The position numbers and the translations under genes were made by a program. The notes below the pieces were generated by a model. That model saw nothing but the letters and a program-made list of their open reading frames with translations. It made no database searches and was not told the origin of the DNA. From positions 1 through 35,050 of the IMG/VR virus record IMGVR_UViG_3300032270_000729: a DNA stretch of 35,050 bases; one strand, 5' to 3'. Of this stretch, positions 6,882-12,313 are shown one piece after another (the first letter of the stretch is position 1; each line of letters opens with the position of its first letter). The DNA comes from a virus. Lineage: Duplodnaviria > Caudoviricetes.

Positions 6882-7550
6882 ATGCAAACCAAAACTAAGT
6901 TCAATCACCTCAATCTTCCTGCTCTTGCAGACATCCCCACTGAAACTGTGGATGGTTCACGTCGTTATGTGGTCAATGGCAAACTGTTGCCTTCTGTCAC
7001 CACAGTTACATCCTATCAGAACAGGCAATCTATTGCTGAATGGCGTGAACGTGTAGGTGAAGAAACTGCCAATAAGATTAGTCAATTTGCCTCAACTAAT
7101 GGCACTAAGTTCCACAAACTTGTGGAAGATTATGTCAACAATCAAGAGGTAGAGTATGATACTGAAAAGTATGAAGTTGCTCTGAAATTGTTCAATCAAT
7201 TCCAACCACTTCTTGATGATGTGGATAACATTCACTATCAAGAATCTGCTCTGTATTCTGAACAACTTGGCATTGCAGGTCGTGTAGATTGCATTGCAGA
7301 ATACAATGGTAAATTGTCTATTATTGACTTCAAGAGTTCTTCTAAACCAAAGCATGAAAGTCAAATCCAAAACTATTTTGTTCAGGAGACAGGTTATGCT
7401 ATGATGTATGAAGAAATGTCTGGTCACAAAGTAGAACAAATTGTGACTCTGATTTCTTGTCATTCAGGTGAGACACAAGTTTTTGTCAAGAATCCTGCTG
7501 ACTATGTTGATACTCTCAAGCAATACATTCAGGAGTATGTGAACAAATGA
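6882..7550 (+). CDS. PD-(D/E)XK exonuclease (RecB/Cas4-like, MGME1-like phage exonuclease)
   Basis: LPSVTTV, GTKFH, E..LYS...IAGRVDCIA, IIDFKSS, YFVQ...YA motifs; no four-Cys Fe-S motif. Confidence 0.88.
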   Translation: MQTKTKFNHLNLPALADIPTETVDGSRRYVVNGKLLPSVTTVTSYQNRQSIAEWRERVGEETANKISQFASTNGTKFHKLVEDYVNNQEVEYDTEKYEVALKLFNQFQPLLDDVDNIHYQESALYSEQLGIAGRVDCIAEYNGKLSIIDFKSSSKPKHESQIQNYFVQETGYAMMYEEMSGHKVEQIVTLISCHSGETQVFVKNPADYVDTLKQYIQEYVNK

Positions 7551-7861
7551 TGCGTTGGAAATGTACAATCAAGACGCCTTCCAATTATCTACAAACTATG
7601 TTTGTAGAAGCATACACTCATAGTGATGCAGTTGCATTTGCAGAGTCACAAACTGGTGGCAAATGTATCATGGCAACTGTAGACAACTCTACAACAGATG
7701 ATGACGAAGAAGAGTATTCTGGTTCATCATCAGGAATTGATGGTGGGTTTGTGTTACTTGCACTTGCTGCATTTATTCTAATTGCTGCATGGAAGTATGT
7801 GCTGGTATTTGCTATTATTGGTCTTGGTATTTGGTTCCTTCTAAATACACTCAAGGACTAA
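7547..7861 (+). CDS. membrane-anchored protein (soluble N-domain, acidic/Ser linker, C-terminal hydrophobic helices)
   Basis: GGFVLLALAAFILIAAWKYVLVFAIIGLGIWFLL at the C-terminus. Confidence 0.8.
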   Translation: MMRWKCTIKTPSNYLQTMFVEAYTHSDAVAFAESQTGGKCIMATVDNSTTDDDEEEYSGSSSGIDGGFVLLALAAFILIAAWKYVLVFAIIGLGIWFLLNTLKD

Positions 7862-7868
7862 CTTTTTT

Positions 7869-7942
7869 GCTAGTGTAGCTCAGTTGGATAGAGCAGGGTT
7901 TTTGTAAAGCTCAGGTCGCAAGTTCAAGTCTTGTCACTAGCT
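7869..7942 (+). tRNA. tRNA-Thr(UGU)
   Basis: GCTAGTG/CACTAGC acceptor, GGGTT-TTTGTAA-AGCTC anticodon arm (two G-U pairs), GCAAG-TTCAAGT-CTTGT T arm. Confidence 0.88.
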
Positions 7943-7976
7943 TATACCACAAATGTGTGGCATTTCAGTTATACAA

Positions 7977-8055
7977 TGTGACACTCCGCAAAGTGGCACA
8001 CGACCCCTTGCGGAATCCTGAAAAGTGTGCTATCATACATGTATGAAAAATCAAA
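7977..8055 (+). repeat. palindrome-promoter element 10
   Basis: TGTGACACTCCGCAAAGTGGCACA 7977-8000; TTGCGG...TGc-TATCAT 8031-8036; ATGAAAAATCAAA from 8043. Confidence 0.87.
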
Positions 8056-8288
8056 TTGCATCTGAAATCTTCCATTACACTGTTTCTAGGTGGGATTGGC
8101 AAGATGGTAACGTTAATCAAATGTGGATTGAAGAAGTTAGTAACTATGATGATGTCTTCAAGTATGTTGCTGTTGCTTACAATCCTAGAAAGAATACTAG
8201 CATGGTGATGAGCAATCCTCGCAGTCATTATGATACTTTGTTGTGGGTTCGTAAGTTCTGTGGTTCTTTCTCTATTCTCCCTGTTTGA
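8043..8288 (+). CDS. hypothetical phage protein
   Basis: Start reassigned to ATG 8043 (MKNQIAS...). Confidence 0.8.
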   Translation: MKNQIASEIFHYTVSRWDWQDGNVNQMWIEEVSNYDDVFKYVAVAYNPRKNTSMVMSNPRSHYDTLLWVRKFCGSFSILPV

Positions 8289-8296
8289 TTATACCA

Positions 8297-8364
8297 TGTG
8301 CCACATGTATTAGTGGCACAATACACTTGACAAATCCTTGAATCTGTGCTATCATACTAGTATG
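8297..8364 (+). repeat. palindrome-promoter element 11
   Basis: TGTGCCACATGTATTAGTGGCACA 8297-8320; TTGACA-17-TATCAT (8350-8355); CATACTAGTATG; ATG 8362. Confidence 0.88.
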
Positions 8365-8832
8365 CAAAAAACAAAATCCTTCTCCAAAGTTATCTACAAC
8401 ATCTCAAATCCTAATTGTGTTGTGTTTGATCTTGATGCAACTTTGTGTCATCATGGTTCACAATCTGGTTTTGATGAGTGTGATCAATTCCCTGCTATTG
8501 ATGCTGTTGTTGATGTTGCCAAACATGCCAAATCCAAAGGTTTTGATCTAGTTATTGCAACTGCACGTCCTGACATTTATGCAGATGGAACTGCAATGTG
8601 GTTGCAACAACATCTCCCAGAGTTTGATGCTCTCTACATGAAGAACTCTGAAGATGATGCAACTGGTTCACAGTGTAAGGGTCAACAACTCATGGACATT
8701 TGCAAGTTCTGGAACATTCAATTCTGGGTTGATGATTCTCCTTACAATGCTGCTGTGATTCGTGATCATGGTGTAGATTGCATTCGTCCCTCCCATAATG
8801 ATGCTTTTTGGGCAGATTATGGAGATCAGTGA
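8362..8832 (+). CDS. HAD-superfamily phosphatase resembling the 3'-phosphatase domain of T4 polynucleotide kinase (PseT)
   Basis: CVVFDLDATL (DxDxT), IATAR (motif II), a Lys, and FWVDD (motif IV); no kinase P-loop domain. Confidence 0.8.
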   Translation: MQKTKSFSKVIYNISNPNCVVFDLDATLCHHGSQSGFDECDQFPAIDAVVDVAKHAKSKGFDLVIATARPDIYADGTAMWLQQHLPEFDALYMKNSEDDATGSQCKGQQLMDICKFWNIQFWVDDSPYNAAVIRDHGVDCIRPSHNDAFWADYGDQ

Positions 8833-8946
8833 TGATGTATTTGCCAGGCAATTCTTGTTTGCCAGGTCACTGATGTTCATTATAATCAACTTGAACAACA
8901 GTTTGTATCATGTATACCATGAACATCATGCGGAAAAGTGTAGTGA

Positions 8947-9032
8947 TGTGCCAGTTGATGAAGTGGCACAGACCCCATTGACTTTTTGAGTATTCTGTGC
9001 TATCATACATGTATGAAAAATCAAACCACTGA
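8947..9032 (+). repeat. palindrome-promoter element 12
   Basis: TGTGCCAGTTGATGAAGTGGCACA 8947-8970; TTGACT...TGc-TATCAT 9001-9006; 8992-9032 is identical to 10067-10107. Confidence 0.9.
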
Positions 9033-9288
9033 GTTCCCAACTCTTCGTTCTAAAGATGGCACCATGGTTGTGTCATTTTATCCTGTCAAAACGCCCTTTG
9101 GTGATGTATCTGAAACCTGGACACTTAAGGTGCTAGAGTGGCAAGGTGTGGAGACAATCTCCAAGAAGTTCATTAACAAAGTTGAGAAGAAAGTTCAACT
9201 GCGTGAGTATGCTTCCTTTGATTATGTTGTTGTCAAGGACAACGTCAATCTTCCCCAACTTGGTAATCCTATGGCAGGTGCGTGCTGA
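9013..9288 (+). CDS. hypothetical phage protein
   Basis: Start reassigned to ATG 9013 (MKNQTTEFP...). Confidence 0.8.
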   Translation: MKNQTTEFPTLRSKDGTMVVSFYPVKTPFGDVSETWTLKVLEWQGVETISKKFINKVEKKVQLREYASFDYVVVKDNVNLPQLGNPMAGAC

Positions 9289-9473
9289 TGAATGAAACTG
9301 TGATTGAACAACTGAATAAAATTGCGCGCACATGTGAGCAGGCAATCTATGAAACTGAGATGGCAGTTGGTGATCCTGAAAGGGGTTATCCTTATGCCTC
9401 TGGGTATAGTAGGTCTGCACTGAAAAATGTGCTTGAAGATGTCCAATTTATTCTAAAAAATGTCAACAACTGA
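9288..9473 (+). CDS. hypothetical phage protein (GYPYASGYSRS motif)
   Basis: TGATG coupling to the upstream gene. Confidence 0.75.
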   Translation: MNETVIEQLNKIARTCEQAIYETEMAVGDPERGYPYASGYSRSALKNVLEDVQFILKNVNN

Positions 9474-9675
9474 AATGAACCAAACTCAAGTTTCTGATGC
9501 AATCTCTACTGCATTTGCTAACCTTTCTGAACTAAGTGCGCAGGTTTATGATTATTGGATCTGTCAACTTTATGATGAAAATGATAACATGATTGCAGAG
9601 GAATGGAACGAAGAAACCCTCAAAATGATGGAGGATGATGTTATGCAACTGACCATGGTAACTGAGGAGAATTGA
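9460..9675 (+). CDS. acidic hypothetical protein
   Basis: ORF track; D/E-rich. Confidence 0.7.
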   Translation: MSTTEMNQTQVSDAISTAFANLSELSAQVYDYWICQLYDENDNMIAEEWNEETLKMMEDDVMQLTMVTEEN

Positions 9676-9860
9676 GCACAATGTGGGATGAGATTCAAGA
9701 CATGCAAGGAGAAATCTTTGACATTGATGATAACACTGGTTGGACACTTTTCCCTGGCGAAGAACCTTACAGTGAGAAAGAAATTGATGCAATGATGATG
9801 CAATTTGATGATAGTTGGACACTCAATCAGCATCAATCGTGGGAGAGTGTGGTAGCATGA
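9672..9860 (+). CDS. acidic hypothetical protein (start TTG 9672 or ATG 9681)
   Basis: GAGGAG at 9664-9669; MWDEIQDMQGEIFD... Confidence 0.7.
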   Translation: MSTMWDEIQDMQGEIFDIDDNTGWTLFPGEEPYSEKEIDAMMMQFDDSWTLNQHQSWESVVA

Positions 9861-10012
9861 GCAGCAAAACAGTTACCTATACTTTCTTTGGCGTTGTTGC
9901 CATCTTGATGTATCAAATCTTCCTGATTCATAGAGATACTCAGATGTTCAAGTCCTATGACAATGCTACGCACCAACTGCTGCAACATCCTACCAAAAAT
10001 GTAATCAAATAG
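9857..10012 (+). CDS. small single-pass membrane protein
   Basis: ATGA overlap; MSSKTVTYTFFGVVAILMYQIFLIHRD... Confidence 0.65.
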   Translation: MSSKTVTYTFFGVVAILMYQIFLIHRDTQMFKSYDNATHQLLQHPTKNVIK

Positions 10013-10021
10013 AGGTCACAC

Positions 10022-10107
10022 TGTGCCAGTTGAGAAACTGTCACACGACCCCTTGCGGAATCCAAGATTCTGTGCTATCATACATGTATGAAAAATCAAA
10101 CCACTGA
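10022..10107 (+). repeat. palindrome-promoter element 13
   Basis: TGTGCCAGTTGAGAAACTGTCACA 10022-10045; CACACGACCCCTTGCGGAATCC shared with element 10; TATCAT 10076-10081; ATG 10088. Confidence 0.9.
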
Positions 10108-10519
10108 AATGCCTGAAGTTCTTGTTATCTCCATGCCTGAAGATGTGCAAGCAAAACTCGATGAACTTGTTGAGCAAAATTATGCTCTTGAGGACATGAT
10201 TGCCTTCATTGAAGAGAATGGCAATGACAACTTCCTGGAGTTTTATGTAGAGTATTGTGAGAATGGTGAGAACTATTCTTATGATGCTGTGGATGCTTTT
10301 GTGGATGAGTTTGGTATTGAGTGCATCGCACATTTCACTGATGCCTATTATGGAGAGTATGACAGTGAGGAAGATTTTACTGAGCAATTCTGTGCTGATG
10401 TGTATAACTTCAATGCTGACAATACGCCCATTGTTGTAGATTGGACTAAGACTTGGGAGTGTAATCTTCGCTATGACTTTTCCTTCAATAATGGTTATGT
10501 CTTCCACAAAAACTTCTGA
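10088..10519 (+). CDS. ArdA-like antirestriction (DNA mimic) protein
   Basis: Very acidic; FTDAYYGEYDSEEDFTEQF...VVDWTKTWECNLRYDFSFNNGYVF resembles the ArdA C-terminal region. Confidence 0.7.
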   Translation: MKNQTTEMPEVLVISMPEDVQAKLDELVEQNYALEDMIAFIEENGNDNFLEFYVEYCENGENYSYDAVDAFVDEFGIECIAHFTDAYYGEYDSEEDFTEQFCADVYNFNADNTPIVVDWTKTWECNLRYDFSFNNGYVFHKNF

Positions 10520-10526
10520 ATCAAAG

Positions 10527-10637
10527 ATGAAAGTTGTAGGACTAATCTTCCTGGTGTTGTTTATCTTCAGTCCATCTGTTAGGTATAACACAGGGACCAC
10601 ACTTCATGCAGTTGCTAACATCATTCAGGGAGAGTAA
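10527..10637 (+). CDS. small hydrophobic protein, 36 aa (MKVVGLIFLVLFIFSPSVRY...), absent from ORF track
   Basis: Manual translation; fills the gap before element 14. Confidence 0.6.
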   Translation: MKVVGLIFLVLFIFSPSVRYNTGTTLHAVANIIQGE

Positions 10638-10646
10638 GGTATAGGA

Positions 10647-10731
10647 TGTGCCAGTCCACAAACTGGCACACGACCCCTTGACTTTTGTCAGAATCCATGC
10701 TATCATACATGTATGAAAAATCAAACCACTG
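10647..10731 (+). repeat. palindrome-promoter element 14
   Basis: TGTGCCAGTCCACAAACTGGCACA 10647-10670; TTGACT...TGc-TATCAT 10701-10706; ATGAAAAATCAAACCACTG from 10713. Confidence 0.9.
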
Positions 10732-11003
10732 CAATGCCTCAAGAGACCTACAATGGTTGGGCAAATTATGAGACCTGGAATGTTGCTCTGTGGATGCAAA
10801 ACAACCAGTTTCTGTATAACACTGCTGTTGCATGTGTAGAGTACAAAAATGATGATGAAACTCCCTATGAAAAGTTCATCAGAAACATGCACAATGTTGA
10901 TAAGTTCACCACTGCTGATGGTGTTCGCTGGGATGATGAAAAGATCAACCATGATGAGATCAATGAGGTGATGATTCATCAACACAATGAGGAGAACAAC
11001 TGA
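10713..11003 (+). CDS. conserved phage protein (YNGWANYETWNVALW family), function unknown
   Basis: Motif I recognise from phage hypothetical proteins. Confidence 0.85.
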   Translation: MKNQTTAMPQETYNGWANYETWNVALWMQNNQFLYNTAVACVEYKNDDETPYEKFIRNMHNVDKFTTADGVRWDDEKINHDEINEVMIHQHNEENN

Positions 11004-11131
11004 TGACCATTAAATACACGTTCGACATCAATACGCAGCAACCTGTTTATGCTGTGTGCAAACAAGATGTTTGTATTATGCTGACCACATCTATCACCAC
11101 TGCAATTAAGAAACTCCAAGAAACCAAATGA
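11003..11131 (+). CDS. hypothetical protein, 42 aa (MTIKYTFDINTQQPVYAVC...), absent from ORF track
   Basis: GAGGAG upstream; coupled at both ends (TGATG, ATGA). Confidence 0.65.
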   Translation: MTIKYTFDINTQQPVYAVCKQDVCIMLTTSITTAIKKLQETK

Positions 11132-11355
11132 CTCTAACCTCTACTCAATTTGATGAACTTGTTTCTCTTTATGCTGAGAAACTTGTGGATGGAATGGATC
11201 TAAAAACCATGGAACAATTTGTCTATGATACTATCGTCAACAATGCAGAACGTTTGTCAGAGGAGGATCTTCTCAATGAGGTTGCTAATTATTTTGATGA
11301 TGAACTTCCTGAGATGATTAAACAAGTTGGTGCTGATCCTGATACTATTCTCTGA
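11128..11355 (+). CDS. acidic hypothetical protein, probable paralog of 6358..6645
   Basis: ORF track; shared N-terminal pattern. Confidence 0.8.
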   Translation: MTLTSTQFDELVSLYAEKLVDGMDLKTMEQFVYDTIVNNAERLSEEDLLNEVANYFDDELPEMIKQVGADPDTIL

Positions 11356-11360
11356 TAATT

Positions 11361-11573
11361 ATGATGTTTCAAATTACATCCATTGAGTTTGATCTTTCCA
11401 CTGATGATGATAGTATTCCCGAACACATTCAGGAGCAAGTTCAACAAGAATTAAGAGATGAATACATAGGAACAAATTGGGATGCAGATGATGAAGATGA
11501 TCTAGTTGAAGAGATTACATGTGCATCTGGTTGGTGTATCAATTCCATTGATTATGTTCATGTGCTAAGTTAG
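11361..11573 (+). CDS. acidic phage protein (WDADDEDDLVEEITCASGWCI motif)
   Basis: ORF track; D/E-rich. Confidence 0.8.
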   Translation: MMFQITSIEFDLSTDDDSIPEHIQEQVQQELRDEYIGTNWDADDEDDLVEEITCASGWCINSIDYVHVLS

Positions 11574-11574
11574 A

Positions 11575-11805
11575 ATGAAAGAGAACAAAGTGTTTCAACT
11601 TGAGTTATGCCAGGAGGATGCTAATCGTATTCTCAAAGGTGTATGGGAACTGCGGATACATGAGTATAGTAAGGCAAGGCAATTAGATCCCAATGGTGAT
11701 AAGGAAAGTGCCTGGATTGAGTATGATTATGTGACAGCACTGTGGGGAGAGTTAGATGAGAAGTTTTCCACAGTTTATGATAGTTTTCCACAGATATTGT
11801 GTTGA
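11575..11805 (+). CDS. hypothetical protein; 3' end overlaps two TTTTCCACA boxes
   Basis: ORF track. Confidence 0.65.
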   Translation: MKENKVFQLELCQEDANRILKGVWELRIHEYSKARQLDPNGDKESAWIEYDYVTALWGELDEKFSTVYDSFPQILC

Positions 11806-12105
11806 ATTGTTAATAAATTAAATGTGTTAATAAATGTAGTGGTGTGATGTATATTGTTTACTAAATGTGTGATTTTCTTGTGATCTTGGCCCCCATTGTA
11901 TCACAAATCCTCCCAAATGTCAAGACCCCCAGGACAGTGAAAAAACTGGTCTAAGTATAAAGTTTTCCACAGGGTCTCAGTGTAAATCAGTGAGAACACA
12001 GTGCCCATCTACAGTTATACAAATAGACAGTGAATTTGCCTGTGGAAAACTATTAGAAATCTGTGGAAAACTTGTGGAAAAAGTATAACAAACCTGTGGA
12101 AAACC
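11762..12105. repeat. cluster of seven TTTTCCACA (cyanobacterial DnaA-box consensus) repeats; origin-like region
   Basis: TTTTCCACA at 11764, 11784 and 11963 (+); TGTGGAAAA at 12041, 12062, 12073 and 12095 (-). Five are the exact 12-mer AGTTTTCCACAG. Confidence 0.85.
11895..11953 (-). promoter_or_regulatory. leftward sigma70-type promoter with a degenerate inverted copy (15) of the 24-bp palindrome
   Basis: Minus strand: TAGACCAGTTTTTTCACTGTCCTG-GGGGTC-TTGACA-17-TACAAT with TG extension; the same 29-bp palindrome-to--10 spacing as the other elements. Confidence 0.7.
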
Positions 12106-12149
12106 AGTGTTAATCAGTGTGAGAATGTGTGGGTCTCAGTGTATAGGGG

Positions 12150-12178
12150 TTGACAGATCTTGTGAGGTGTGTTATAAT
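12150..12178 (+). promoter_or_regulatory. perfect consensus sigma70 promoter
   Basis: TTGACA 12150-12155, 17 bp, TATAAT 12173-12178 with TG extension. Confidence 0.85.
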
Positions 12179-12313
12179 GTATTTGGCAGTATTGTGGGGG
12201 TTGGTGTTGCCTTGGTGGGGGTAATGCGAAAAAACAAGACTCCCCTAACCTACAGAGGTGACAAAATGCGAGAGCGATATCAAGATCACAAAAAAAATTT
12301 TTCCCAGGTAAAA

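Noticed and set aside
8798-8989. 63-aa + strand ORF and the TTTGCCAGG direct repeat (8840, 8858)
   Set aside because: The ORF overlaps the phosphatase gene and runs through element 12 with no SD or recognisable motif; two 9-bp copies are too little to interpret.
3529-9012. Track start codons giving a shared CYHTCM peptide (3529, 4560, 6673, 8025, 8338, 8986)
   Set aside because: These starts lie upstream of the -10 box; the peptide is the translated promoter sequence, so starts were moved to the ATG at +1.
1457-10670. Palindromes as canonical CRP/FNR or NtcA sites
   Set aside because: CRP needs TGTGA-N6-TCACA and NtcA needs GTA-N8-TAC; here the TGTG/CACA ends are 16 bp apart with conserved inner arms.
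1457-10731. CRISPR array (repeats plus a Cas4-like gene)
   Set aside because: Repeats are degenerate, 0.3-1.3 kb apart and separated by whole genes; the nuclease lacks the Cas4 Fe-S cysteines; no other cas genes are present.
1-11953. Classical integron, transposon or prophage integration module
   Set aside because: No tyrosine/serine recombinase or transposase is visible, and the elements lack attC RYYYAAC...GTTRRRY ends; only the analogy is kept.
12107-12313. N-terminal part of the 107-aa track ORF
   Set aside because: It starts upstream of and spans a perfect promoter and repeat region, so it is more likely non-coding.
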